NCBI GenBank assembly: GCA_963699755.1
Contig: CAVOVB010000001.1
Coordinates: forward strand, 320,001-384,000
Source: an uncultured delta proteobacterium
Lineage (GTDB): Bacteria; Myxococcota_A; Polyangia; Polyangiales; Houyiibacteriaceae
Length of the DNA stretch: 64,000 nt
Reading direction: 5' to 3'
The translations under genes were made by a program, and so were the position numbers. The notes below the pieces were generated by a model. That model was not told the origin of the DNA and did no database searches. It worked only from the letters and a program-made list of their open reading frames with translations. The first letter of the stretch is position 1; every line of letters begins with the position of its first letter. Of this stretch, positions 40,544 to 50,766 are shown piece by piece.

Positions 40544-42337
40544 TCAGTCGATGATGTAGTACGCACCGAGGACGCCAAACATCTCTTCCTCGGTGGTGAC
40601 GCCGCCCCAGACCGGACAAGCGTCGCAGACGCCGACCTCGCCGCAGACAGAGTCGTCTCCGTTGCAGGTCATGCCTTGATTCGGCCCGCCAAGGCATGCG
40701 CGATCTTCCGGCTGACAGCCGCACGGCCCGATCAGAGGCGTGCGATCCCCGAGCGCGCAGGTGTTCGCGTCGGGCCTGTTCGAGTTCCTTCGCACCTCCT
40801 CGGGATTGGTCGCGCCGTTGTCCCAAATGGCACAGTACCGGAACGTTCGATCGCGTTCATCGGGGCTATCGAGATCGAGAGCGTTCTGCTCGCCGAAGCG
40901 TTGATAGAGGGGATCCTGATAGTAGAAGCTTCGGTAGTCGGGGTCGCGTTCAGGCGCCGGGCAATTCGGGCCCCCACTGCACGCATCGTTGGGTGGATAC
41001 CAAATGCGAAAGTCGTGGCCGAATTTGTGCGTGTGAGACGAGAGCGTGATCAAGCGCGAACCGATGGGCAAGGTGAACGTCGCGCACGCCTGCTGGCTCG
41101 TAAACGGAGCGATCGTGCCCATCGAAAAGATGTGATCCAACACCGTCAGGTCCTGTCGGAGAAACGCGCGGTCCTCGGGCGCACTATAGGTGAAGTTCAT
41201 GTACTGGGCGACGGTCGTGTCCTCTTTGGTCAGGTTGAACGAGTGGCTGTTCCAGATCGTGAAACCGCGCACCGGCATCACCCCGTACACCCCGGGCGCG
41301 AAGTCTTCGACGAATGTCGCTTCTTGCGCGACAGCGATGTTCAGCCGCGAGGCCGCTGCGCCAAAGAAGCCGAGAAAGCTTCCGAGATCCTCGGGCCCAT
41401 TCGGGTATCGAATGCACCCTACGGCGGTCAACGGCGCCGTCGCGCAGGCGCTTTTGTCACCGCACATGCCTTCGACGGTCGGGTCGCAGGGCATCCCATC
41501 GTTGGCGCCATCGAGGCACTGCCAATCCTTCCAGACAGGGTTCTTCGGGTCCCACTCGTGTTGGTTTTCGGGAGCCGGAATGTAGGACTCGACGATGCTG
41601 TGATGGGACTGCGGGTCCTGGGCAAGGAGGAAGTTCGAGTATCCAAAACACTCACGGCTCGGACCGCCGTAGCTTTCAGGGCAGGGCAGTCGAACGGTTT
41701 CCGGCACCCGGTCGCTGTAGTCGTAGTACGTGACGAAGCAGACCTCGTTTTCGGACTCAGCCGGTAGCGTCCAGCCACCAGAGAAGAACTGGATGCCTTT
41801 GTCCGCAGCGGGTGGAGGCAGGGGCGGGATCTTGTTGGGAGCGGCCTCCTCGCTCGGCGCACATCCAAGCACTTGAGGCGCCCCGCGGACCACACCGACT
41901 CGCGGTGCACCAGCACGGATCCACGCGCGCACCAGAGCGAGCTCTTCCTCGGTCAGGATCTCAGCGCTCGCGGGCATCGCACCGCCCGAGATCCCGTAGT
42001 CTGCGAGGTCGGTGTCGAGTGTCTTTGCGGCGAGCTTCAGATAGAGCACGCTTCGCTCTTCATCGGCTGGGAACACGAGCGGAAGATCGCCCGTCCCGGC
42101 CGCCACGTTCACCACGTTCTGGTAGAGGTTCTCCGGGCGGAGATCGAGACTGCCGGCTGCCTGGGACGCGTCGGCGCCGTGGCAGGTGCTCGCCGTGCAC
42201 CCACGCGCGTCGAAGACCGACTGAACCAGCGCGAAGGTGCTGTCGGCGTTGCATTTCTCGGCGAAGTCGCTGTCACTCCCGCAGGCGGCGAGGGTCATAG
42301 CCGGCAATAGATAGGCCAACAGGGCTAGGCGGCGCAT
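40544..42337 (-). CDS. Lipoprotein with an N-terminal cytochrome c-like domain (CX4CH) and a copper type II monooxygenase-like domain
   Basis: Lipobox LAAC; CTASTCH..MP..WIRAGA; SHHS, NSH, SHTH and EEM motifs. Confidence 0.65.
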   Translation of the reverse strand: MRRLALLAYLLPAMTLAACGSDSDFAEKCNADSTFALVQSVFDARGCTASTCHGADASQAAGSLDLRPENLYQNVVNVAAGTGDLPLVFPADEERSVLYLKLAAKTLDTDLADYGISGGAMPASAEILTEEELALVRAWIRAGAPRVGVVRGAPQVLGCAPSEEAAPNKIPPLPPPAADKGIQFFSGGWTLPAESENEVCFVTYYDYSDRVPETVRLPCPESYGGPSRECFGYSNFLLAQDPQSHHSIVESYIPAPENQHEWDPKNPVWKDWQCLDGANDGMPCDPTVEGMCGDKSACATAPLTAVGCIRYPNGPEDLGSFLGFFGAAASRLNIAVAQEATFVEDFAPGVYGVMPVRGFTIWNSHSFNLTKEDTTVAQYMNFTYSAPEDRAFLRQDLTVLDHIFSMGTIAPFTSQQACATFTLPIGSRLITLSSHTHKFGHDFRIWYPPNDACSGGPNCPAPERDPDYRSFYYQDPLYQRFGEQNALDLDSPDERDRTFRYCAIWDNGATNPEEVRRNSNRPDANTCALGDRTPLIGPCGCQPEDRACLGGPNQGMTCNGDDSVCGEVGVCDACPVWGGVTTEEEMFGVLGAYYIID

Positions 42338-42503
42338 GAGTCGTCTCCTTGGGACCACGAACGGGAACCGTGGCCGGTCAGAGATAGACGTATTGGCGCA
42401 TCTGGTCAACGTCCCTTGGGCTTGCTCGTATCCCAGTGGCGGAACGCGCCTCAGTGCAGACTTGTGGACGGTCCCACGCTCTGTTCTCGGTTACAGTCCG
42501 ACG

Positions 42504-43802
42504 ATGGGTCGCCTAGTCGCGCTGGTTTGGGTGCTCCCCGGCGCGGCCAACGCAATGGCGCAGGCGACCGAGCTGACGCCAGCTCCAGCCGAGCCCGGCC
42601 CCGCGTGGCCGCTGCTCAAGTCGGTCATCGGTCTTTCCATTCTCCTCATCCTCGCTTGGTTGGCCTCGCATCCCAAGGTCCGGCAGCGGCTCGAGGACGC
42701 ACTCGGCATTGGCCACGCAATTACCTCCGGCGTTGCATTCGTCCTGCTCGGGTTGCTGGCGCGTCATCCTGCCGTCGGAATTCTCGACGACGAGGTCCTG
42801 TACGATCTGACACCGCTGGTGCACTTCGCACTCGGCTGGCTCGGTCTGATCATTGGATTTCAATTCGATGTCCGAGTCCTCGATCGGCTGCCAAGAGGCA
42901 CCGCTACGCTGGTCGGCCTGGAAACGCTGACGCCGTTTCTCCTCGTAGGCACGACGGGCGCAGCGCTGATGCTCTTCTTTGGCAGGCCTTGGAACGACGC
43001 GACCTTCGTCCGCGACGCGATCGTTCTGGCGACGGCAGGCGCTATCTCCGCAACCGGTTCGGGCGATCGTGCGGCGCCGCAGGATGCGCACGGTGAGGAG
43101 CCGGATCCACAGCTTGCCGTCGAGTCGCTAGACGAGATCATCGCGGTCGCTGGCCTTGCAGCGCTCGGCGCCTTCTTTCGTCCCCTCTGGATCGAGTTCG
43201 AGTGGGACTTACCCGGAACGGTTTGGTTGATTTTGAGCCTTGGCGTTGGACTGTGCCTCGGTCTCATCATGTATGCGCTCTTGGCGGGGCGCAGGGGTTC
43301 GGAGTTTTTGGCGCTCTTGCTCGGCTCGGTCGCGCTCGCTTCTGGGATCGCCGGGTACTTGTTCCTCTCCCCATTGGTCGTGTGCTTCATCGCAGGTGCC
43401 CTCCTGGTGAATCTCCCAGGCGAGCACAAGCAGCAGTGCTGGACGATTCTCATGCAGCTCGAGCGCCCCATTTACTATCTCTTCTTTGCGATTGCGGGGG
43501 CGCTTTGGGATGTCGCAGATTGGCGCGGCTGGGTGCTGCTGGTCGCGTTCCTCTCGAGTCGCGGAATCGGATACGCGATCGCAATGCGCATGCTCGGGCG
43601 TCAATCCCCCCGTTTGGCGGCCCGCGTCGAGGCTTCGGGGTGGCGCTCGGTCCTCGTTCCACCCATCAGCATGGTTTCCATCGCGATCGTGATGAGCGCC
43701 CAAGTGCTCTATCGAGATCCGGCCATTCCTTGGATCGTGACTGCCGTGATCGGAGGCGCGATCACTTCTGAAGTGCTTTCTCGCCGGAGACGTCCGAGAT
43801 GA
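42504..43802 (+). CDS. Cation:proton antiporter-like membrane protein
   Basis: About 12 hydrophobic segments; ALGWLGLIIG, SPLVVCFIAG; ATGA overlap with the next gene. Confidence 0.7.
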   Translation: MGRLVALVWVLPGAANAMAQATELTPAPAEPGPAWPLLKSVIGLSILLILAWLASHPKVRQRLEDALGIGHAITSGVAFVLLGLLARHPAVGILDDEVLYDLTPLVHFALGWLGLIIGFQFDVRVLDRLPRGTATLVGLETLTPFLLVGTTGAALMLFFGRPWNDATFVRDAIVLATAGAISATGSGDRAAPQDAHGEEPDPQLAVESLDEIIAVAGLAALGAFFRPLWIEFEWDLPGTVWLILSLGVGLCLGLIMYALLAGRRGSEFLALLLGSVALASGIAGYLFLSPLVVCFIAGALLVNLPGEHKQQCWTILMQLERPIYYLFFAIAGALWDVADWRGWVLLVAFLSSRGIGYAIAMRMLGRQSPRLAARVEASGWRSVLVPPISMVSIAIVMSAQVLYRDPAIPWIVTAVIGGAITSEVLSRRRRPR

Positions 43803-45145
43803 AGAACCTGCTCATCCTCTTGGCGCTCGGATCGCTCGTGCATACGGCGCAGACTCTGCTGCCCATCGGCGGGGACGCTCGGGGAACGGCTGGCACCGCG
43901 CTTGCATTTGGTCTCCTTCTGCTGGTCGCATTCGTCTCGGGCGACGTCCTGGCGCGACTTCGACTTCCCAAGCTCGTCGGGTACATTCTCGCCGGCATCG
44001 CAATCGGACCGCACGCGCTCGGTCTCGTCTCCGAGAACATGATCGTGCAGTTGGACTTGATCGAAGGGGTCGCCATCTGCTTGATCGCGCTGACCGCCGG
44101 GGGCGAGCTCAATCTCAATCGCTTGCGCCCCGTGCTTCCGACGATCGTCGCCCTGACGGGCTGGGCGGTCATCGGCACGAGCATTCTCTTGGGGCTGGCT
44201 TTGTTCTTTGCAGCGCCGAGGCTCGCCTTTCTACATGACCTGGAGGGGCCCACTCTGCTGGCGTTTTGCGGAATGCTCGGCGTCTTGCTCAGCGCTCAAT
44301 CCCCCGCCGTGGTGATGGCCATGCTGAGCGAAACCCGCTCGGAGGGGCCAGTCAGCAGGACCATGCTCGGAACGGTCGTCATCGCTGATCTCGTCGTGAT
44401 CGTGCTCTTCAGTGGTGCGTCCGCACTCGTCCGCTCCATGATGACGGGCGAAGGCGATGCGGCCGGGACAGCGCGAGCGATCGCCTGGGAGCTCTTCGGC
44501 TCGATGGGATCCGGACTTGTCGTTGGCATCGGTCTCGCCTACTACCTGCGTAAGATCAGGCGAGATGCCTCACTCTTCGTAGTCCTGCTTTGCATCATCG
44601 TCGCTGAGATCACGACGAGGGTCAGCCTAGACCCCTTGATCGTGATGCTCTCTGCCGGACTCGTGATTGCCAACTTCAACGAGCCGGACGCTTCCCAGCT
44701 TGTCCATGATCTTCAGGCCGCCTCCCTCCCGCTGTATCTGGTGTTTTTCGCCGTTGCTGGGACAACGCTTCAGCTCGATCTCCTGTTTGGAGTCGGGGCG
44801 ATCGCCGCAATCCTGGTCGCACTCCGCGCCTTCGGATTCGGTGTCGGCGGAGCGATCGCCACTCGACAAACGCGCTCTTCGACGGAGATCCGCCGCTGGG
44901 CTTGGACGGGCCTACTGCCGCAAGCGGGGCTCGCTCTAGCCCTGGCGCTGGTCGTGCAGCGCTCGTTTGGAAACACTGGCAAGGGCGCGAGCGCGCTTCT
45001 TCTGGCCGTTATCGCCATGAACGAGCTGCTGATGCCCATCGTTCTGCGCAACGCTCTCGTGCGGTCCGGCGAAGCCATGGTTCGAAGCTCCGTCGCCCCA
45101 GACGTCCGACTTCCCGCCCCGGGGCCTTCGGGCAAGCTGCCCTAG
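43799..45145 (+). CDS. Cation:proton antiporter (Na+/H+ exchanger family)
   Basis: LPKLVGYILAGIAIGP, SPAVVMA, EGPVS, FFAVAG, LLPQAGLALAL. Confidence 0.85.
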   Translation: MKNLLILLALGSLVHTAQTLLPIGGDARGTAGTALAFGLLLLVAFVSGDVLARLRLPKLVGYILAGIAIGPHALGLVSENMIVQLDLIEGVAICLIALTAGGELNLNRLRPVLPTIVALTGWAVIGTSILLGLALFFAAPRLAFLHDLEGPTLLAFCGMLGVLLSAQSPAVVMAMLSETRSEGPVSRTMLGTVVIADLVVIVLFSGASALVRSMMTGEGDAAGTARAIAWELFGSMGSGLVVGIGLAYYLRKIRRDASLFVVLLCIIVAEITTRVSLDPLIVMLSAGLVIANFNEPDASQLVHDLQAASLPLYLVFFAVAGTTLQLDLLFGVGAIAAILVALRAFGFGVGGAIATRQTRSSTEIRRWAWTGLLPQAGLALALALVVQRSFGNTGKGASALLLAVIAMNELLMPIVLRNALVRSGEAMVRSSVAPDVRLPAPGPSGKLP

Positions 45146-45219
45146 AGCGCTCGATTGGCTGGCCGTCCGGAATTTGGCGATGGGCGGCACTGACCATCTG
45201 CCTCGTTCTCATCGCCTTG

Positions 45220-46392
45220 TCATCGGCCGATTCGCAGCAGGCACACCTTCAGATACTGACCTTCGCGGAACACGGGGAGGACCGGGTGGTCGGGCGCAGC
45301 GCCCCAGGTTTCGAGGATTGTTGCGGAGCGACCAGTCGCCCGTGCGGCGTCGCGAAGTGATGTCTCGAACAGGTCAGGGCTGATGTGGCTCGAACAGGAT
45401 GCGGCAAGATAGAGGCCGCCCTCGTCGACGTGCTGCATGCAGCTCTGATGAAGCTTTCGATAGGCGCGGATCGCCCTGGGAACCGTACGCTGGCTCGGGG
45501 CGAAGCTCGGTGGATCCGAGATGACGATGTCGAAGCGCTCATCGTCCCGCAAGGCCTGCATGTACCGGGAGACATCGGAAGCCACGACCCGGTGTCGCTC
45601 TCGATCGAGAGAATTCGAGCTCCAGCTTTGCGTGGCGAGCTCGAGCGCCGGCCGCGCCGAATCGACCGTCACCACTTTGCGGGCTCCACCAAGACCAGCC
45701 GCCACGGAGAACCCCCCCGTGTAGCCGTAGAGGTTCAGCACGCGGCAGCCCTCGCTCAATTCACGGATGCGCTGACGCGACTCGCGATGGTCGAGGAAGA
45801 GCCCCGTCTTCTGCCCGTGCCAGAGGCTCGCCACGAGCTTCATGCCACACTCCACGACCGTGACCGCCTCGGGCGGAGGCTCCCCCCAGACCTGCTGCAC
45901 GCCAAAGTCCTTGTCCTTTGGGACCCGAGCCACCGCACCTCGGACCCCGAGTCGCTCGAAGAGCGGCATCAAGGCCTCGAGCCAGGTCGGCAGCCAGGAA
46001 TGGAGCGCGGGGCTGTCGAAGCGGAGCACCGCATAGTCCCCGTACAAGTCGACGACGAACCCAGGCAGGCGATCGCCCTCCCCGTGCACCAGCCGATAGG
46101 TGTTCGTATCGGGAGGTAGGATGCGTTGACGGAGTGCGAACGCCTCGGCAAGTCGTCCTGCCAAGAGGTCCCGGTCCACCGGTTCGTCACGGGTTGTGAA
46201 CATGCGCACCGCGATCGCACCCTCGTCGGAAATCCCGCGGCCGATGAAGCGACCATCTCGCCCCTTCACCGCTACGACGCGGCCGGCGCTACGAGGCGCG
46301 TTGCGCAAGGCTCTGCGGAACACCCAGGGATGACCCGAGCGAAGAACGCGCTCCAGGGGAACTCTAAGCCTTAGCGTTTCCTCTCGCGTCAC
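45220..46392 (-). CDS. rlmI: RlmI-like SAM-dependent rRNA methyltransferase
   Basis: GHPWVF, YRLVHGEGDRLPG, GQKTGLFLDHRESR, VLNLYGYTGGFS, SDPPSF, SCS, YLK. Confidence 0.88.
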   Translation of the reverse strand: MTREETLRLRVPLERVLRSGHPWVFRRALRNAPRSAGRVVAVKGRDGRFIGRGISDEGAIAVRMFTTRDEPVDRDLLAGRLAEAFALRQRILPPDTNTYRLVHGEGDRLPGFVVDLYGDYAVLRFDSPALHSWLPTWLEALMPLFERLGVRGAVARVPKDKDFGVQQVWGEPPPEAVTVVECGMKLVASLWHGQKTGLFLDHRESRQRIRELSEGCRVLNLYGYTGGFSVAAGLGGARKVVTVDSARPALELATQSWSSNSLDRERHRVVASDVSRYMQALRDDERFDIVISDPPSFAPSQRTVPRAIRAYRKLHQSCMQHVDEGGLYLAASCSSHISPDLFETSLRDAARATGRSATILETWGAAPDHPVLPVFREGQYLKVCLLRIGR

Positions 46393-46504
46393 GAATCTAC
46401 CGGCTGTTCTCGACCCATGCGCACTGTCTCGTCGAGCAGCATGTAGCACATGGATCTTCACGAAGTGGGCCGGCGCTTCAACGATGCCGAAGCGTGAGAA
46501 GACA

Positions 46505-47761
46505 CTAGCGAAAGAAGAACGAATGAAGGAGCGAGTCCGTCTCGAATGGGATCTTACTCCAGAGACGCACGCCAAAGGCGAAGACTACGCTGACCAACGC
46601 AACGACGAGCAACCGCGCTTTTGAGCTCGATAGGGTCGACGTCAGGCCGCCGAAGAGAATGAGACCGAAGGCATACGACGGCAGGTAGTGATAGATGTAG
46701 CTGTCGCGATTCGTCAGTATCCACGGACAAAGCGGCAGGAACCACAGCATGAGCAGATAGCTCTGACCCGGGGTCGACTGGAAAACTTGTCGCACCATCC
46801 CCGGATCGCCGTGACGCAATCGACGTAGCACGTCGAACGCCGACCAAAGCACGGCGGCGTTCACGCCCCACCACAAAATGGGGTTGCCCGAGGTCGTCAT
46901 CATTCGAACGACGTCGCCTTCGCGGGCGTAGTGAAGCCTCAGGGTCTTGAGCGGGATGAACCAGGTGTACCAGCGCGAAGTCGCCGAATGTTTCCAGTCG
47001 TCCAAGGCGATGTGATGGTGGAAGAGCTCGGCGGTCTTCTTCACGACATCGAGGAGCCCGAACTCGTCGCCGCACAGAGCAAGCCCCAAAGAGAACTGGG
47101 CAACGTACACGGCCGCCATGGAGCCCATGCTGAAAACGAGCAAACCGAAAGTCTTCGGATGGGCGCCGAAGCGACCTAGCGTCACCAGCACCAACGGGAC
47201 CACTAGAACCACGCCGGTGAACTTGAACGACATCGACACGCCGATGAGGATCGCACCAAGCGTGATCCCTCGCCACGAGCGCGCGCGCCAGAGCGCGAGC
47301 GCCGCGGCGACCATCGAGGTTGCCAGCATTCCATCGAGGAGCGCGGTCTTCGAAAAGGCCAGAGCGAAACCGCTGGCCGCGATGAACGCACCCGCGTACA
47401 AGCCTGCGGTCTTCGATCGAAACGCCGAGGCACCAAACGCGTAGGCGAGCGCGATCAACGCCAAACCGAAGAGGAGTGGGGCAAGGCGCCAGCCCGCACC
47501 GTCGTCGCCCACGGTGAGGATGCCGAGCGCGATGAGAAGCTTTCCGAGGGGTGGATGGTCGTTCCAGTCGGAGCGCCCATTGATGATGTTTCGGGCGTTC
47601 TCAACGAAGTGATGCTCGTCCCAGGTGAGCTCGTTCGGATAACCGAGCTCGTGCACCCGCGCTACGACGCCACCGATGATGAGCGCCACCAACAGAAGCT
47701 GAGTGAATCGATCGAGCCGGGCATCGCGCGACACACTCTCGTCGGGGCGGAGCTTGGGCAT
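46505..47761 (-). CDS. Protein O-mannosyltransferase-like (GT39/PMT family)
   Basis: WDEHHF, HPPLGKLLIALG, GWRL, LLDG, H...S.W..W, GNPILWW, YIYHYLP. Confidence 0.85.
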   Translation of the reverse strand: MPKLRPDESVSRDARLDRFTQLLLVALIIGGVVARVHELGYPNELTWDEHHFVENARNIINGRSDWNDHPPLGKLLIALGILTVGDDGAGWRLAPLLFGLALIALAYAFGASAFRSKTAGLYAGAFIAASGFALAFSKTALLDGMLATSMVAAALALWRARSWRGITLGAILIGVSMSFKFTGVVLVVPLVLVTLGRFGAHPKTFGLLVFSMGSMAAVYVAQFSLGLALCGDEFGLLDVVKKTAELFHHHIALDDWKHSATSRWYTWFIPLKTLRLHYAREGDVVRMMTTSGNPILWWGVNAAVLWSAFDVLRRLRHGDPGMVRQVFQSTPGQSYLLMLWFLPLCPWILTNRDSYIYHYLPSYAFGLILFGGLTSTLSSSKARLLVVALVSVVFAFGVRLWSKIPFETDSLLHSFFFR

Positions 47762-47964
47762 CCCGCAGAGGCTATATCGCACTACCCACATGACCAACGA
47801 GCAATTTTTACGAAGCGATCATCCAATTCGAATGTGAGCGCCAGGTTGCAAAAGCGGTCGGAAAGGTGACGTTCCATCGTGATTTTCTGTGAGCGCGAGG
47901 GCGCTCCGCTTGGTTTCGGAGCACAAGCGAGGGAGGACTCGACCGGCACGCTCTTTCGAGCCGT

Positions 47965-49023
47965 TCAATCGGCTGACTCGAACGCCTCTCTGAGCGCTTT
48001 CGCGAAGTCGCCAATCGCCTCGCGAGCGCGAGGAAGAATGCTCATCGTAGCGAAACCGTGAGGTAGGTCGGGAACGTGTTGATGGTCGACTGGAACGCCC
48101 GCCCTGCGCAGCTTGTCCACGTACTCGACCCCCTCGCCGCAGAGCAGGTCGAACTGCGCCGTCACGACGATGGCCGGTGGGAGCCCGGCGTGAGAGTCCA
48201 GGTAGAGCGGCGCAGCGAGCGGGTCTTCGTAGCTCCCATCGCCTATGTAGTTCTCGAAAAACCACCGAGTTGTCTTGGCGTCGAGGCCGTAGCCGGTCTG
48301 CAGCTCCGCCTTGCTGCGGCCAACATGATCGATACTCCCAGTGCCTGGATAGATAAGGAGCTGCGCGAACGGAAGCGGTCCGCCACGATCACGAGCGAGG
48401 AACGACACCACCGCGGCGAGGTTTCCGCCCGCACTGTCACCTCCGATGGCGATTCGATCGGCGCGAATCCCGAGCTCTTCTGCATGGCTGGCCACCCATC
48501 GGTATGCGTCGTCGCAATCTTCGACCGCGGCAGGAAACGGCTCTTCTGGCGCCAGGCGGTAGTCGACCGAAAACACAGCGCATCGGGCAGCCGCGCAAAT
48601 CCTTCGGCAGAGGGTGTCGTGGGTCTCTACGCTCCCGATCGTGAAGCCGCCCCCGTGAATGTAGACCAAGCCTGAAAGCGCTTCGGCCTGGCGCCCGCGC
48701 TCCAGTGGATAGTACGCCCGCGCAGCACGCTGCCCGGATCGCATGTCGATGCTGAGCTCCGAAACCCGTCCGATCTCGGGCGGCGACGCTTCGAGCACCC
48801 TGTTGAGCCGCGCGTAGTAGCGTCGGGCGGCCGCTGGGCTGAGGCTCGGCATCGAGCGTTCGGCGACGCGGCCCACCCGAAACATGTATTGCGCGCGCCG
48901 ATCGAGCGGCTGACCGTCCACTTCCCAGCGCATCTCGGTCATTCGCCTCACGGTGGAGTCGGATGCACGAAGAATGCGCCCGATCACCTTGGACTCGATC
49001 CGCTGGAAAAACGTCATCTCCAT
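47965..49023 (-). CDS. Alpha/beta hydrolase (HSL-family esterase)
   Basis: YIHGGG, DYRLAPE, GDSAGG, FDLL, HGF. Confidence 0.93.
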   Translation of the reverse strand: MEMTFFQRIESKVIGRILRASDSTVRRMTEMRWEVDGQPLDRRAQYMFRVGRVAERSMPSLSPAAARRYYARLNRVLEASPPEIGRVSELSIDMRSGQRAARAYYPLERGRQAEALSGLVYIHGGGFTIGSVETHDTLCRRICAAARCAVFSVDYRLAPEEPFPAAVEDCDDAYRWVASHAEELGIRADRIAIGGDSAGGNLAAVVSFLARDRGGPLPFAQLLIYPGTGSIDHVGRSKAELQTGYGLDAKTTRWFFENYIGDGSYEDPLAAPLYLDSHAGLPPAIVVTAQFDLLCGEGVEYVDKLRRAGVPVDHQHVPDLPHGFATMSILPRAREAIGDFAKALREAFESAD

Positions 49024-49095
49024 CTGGTCGTCACTTGGTTAGACACGCCTCGCATCTGCGCTTAGCCTTACCGGACCATCGGTTCAAGGAGCGCC

Positions 49096-50616
49096 ATGAA
49101 GCAGCATTTCGACGTTCTCGTCGCCGGCGCCGGTATCTCCGGTATCGCGGCGGCCCACTATCTCCAGCAGAACTGTCCCGAGAAGACCTTCACGATCGTC
49201 GAGGGTCGCGACGCGATCGGCGGCACATGGGATCTCTTCCGTTTCCCTGGGATCCGTTCGGACTCCGACATGTACACCTTGGGGTTCTCGTTTCGACCTT
49301 GGCCCGAAGAAGACTCGATCGGCGAGGGCGGATCGATTCGGAGCTACTTGCAGGACACCGCCGAAGAGATCGGCATCGCCGAAAAGATTCGCTTCAGCAC
49401 TCGGATCGAGCGCGCGAGCTTTTCGAAGGCCGAAGGTCGCTGGACGGTGTACACGCGCAACGCCCACAGCGGAAAGGAAGAGACGCTCACCTGCGACTTC
49501 TTCTGGTCGTGCATGGGCTATTACCGGTACGACCGAGGCTATACACCGGACTTCGAGGGAACCGAGCGCTTCGAGGGTCAGATCGTCCATCCGCAAGAGT
49601 GGGATGAAGCCATCGACTACGCAGGAAAGCGCGTTGTCATCATCGGCAGTGGGGCTACTGCCATGACGATGCTTCCCGTGGTCGCGAAGAAGGCAGAGAA
49701 GGTCACCATGGTGCAGCGCTCTCCGACCTACGTGATCGCGTGGCCGCGCCGCGATCGCATGGCGCAGATGCTCCGATGGCTACTCGGACCAAAACGCGCC
49801 CACCCGATCATTCGGTGGAAGAACATTCGCTTGATGGCCCTCCTTTATTCGTTCTTGCGGCGCTTCCCAGCGCTGTCGAGCCGCCTGCTCATTCGGCAGG
49901 CGTACAAGCGGCTCGGCAGTGATTACGACGTCGAGAAGCACTTCACACCTCGCTACAACCCATGGGACCAACGCCTGTGCCTCGTGCCCGACGGTGATCT
50001 CTTCGATGCGATCGCCTCGGGTCACGCCGACGTGGTCACCGATCAGATTGATACGTTTACGGAACGAGGACTCGCCCTTCGCTCGGGAACCGAGCTCGAC
50101 GCAGACCTGATCGTCACCGCTACGGGATTCTCGCTCCAGTGGCTGGGGGGCGTCGACCTCGATGTCGACGGCGTGCCCTTCGAACCCGCGGACGCGTTGA
50201 TCTACAAGGGCTGCATGCTCGGGGGGCTGCCGAATTGCGCGTTCGTCTTCGGCTACATCAACTCGTCATGGACACTGCGTGCAGAGCTCGTCTGCGAGTA
50301 CATCTGCGAGCTGCTCCGTTTCATGGATGAGCACGGGTACGGCCAATGCTGCCCAGACCCCGATCCAACCGTCGAGGCCCTCCCCGCACTCGACTTGATG
50401 GCTGGCTATGTGACGCGCGCAAAGGGGCTCATCCCATCGCAAGGGTCACGCGATCCGTGGCGCCTCAACCAGAGCGTCGCGCTCGACAAAGCCTTGCTGA
50501 AGGGCCAGCCCATCGACGACGGAACTCTGCGTTTCACCGAGCGAAGACCTGCTCGAGCGGACATGCCCATCGTGACGCATGGCGCGAGGGCCGAAGTCGC
50601 GCCGCCGAGCTCGTAA
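49096..50616 (+). CDS. Flavin-containing monooxygenase (EthA-like Baeyer-Villiger monooxygenase)
   Basis: GAGISG, GGTWDLFRFPGIRSDSD, FEGQIVHPQEW, IGSGATA, TATG. Confidence 0.93.
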   Translation: MKQHFDVLVAGAGISGIAAAHYLQQNCPEKTFTIVEGRDAIGGTWDLFRFPGIRSDSDMYTLGFSFRPWPEEDSIGEGGSIRSYLQDTAEEIGIAEKIRFSTRIERASFSKAEGRWTVYTRNAHSGKEETLTCDFFWSCMGYYRYDRGYTPDFEGTERFEGQIVHPQEWDEAIDYAGKRVVIIGSGATAMTMLPVVAKKAEKVTMVQRSPTYVIAWPRRDRMAQMLRWLLGPKRAHPIIRWKNIRLMALLYSFLRRFPALSSRLLIRQAYKRLGSDYDVEKHFTPRYNPWDQRLCLVPDGDLFDAIASGHADVVTDQIDTFTERGLALRSGTELDADLIVTATGFSLQWLGGVDLDVDGVPFEPADALIYKGCMLGGLPNCAFVFGYINSSWTLRAELVCEYICELLRFMDEHGYGQCCPDPDPTVEALPALDLMAGYVTRAKGLIPSQGSRDPWRLNQSVALDKALLKGQPIDDGTLRFTERRPARADMPIVTHGARAEVAPPSS

Positions 50617-50766
50617 GGCAGCTCGACCGGTGCGCCGGCCGTTGCGCACTCTGTTGTTGGCTTGCTTCACGAAAACTCTTTTCATTTTCAATTGAATCTC
50701 CCTATCTGAGCTCTGAGCGTTGGCTTGCTCGATGGGGCGTCGCGAGTAAGCCTCGGGGCGCTCGGG

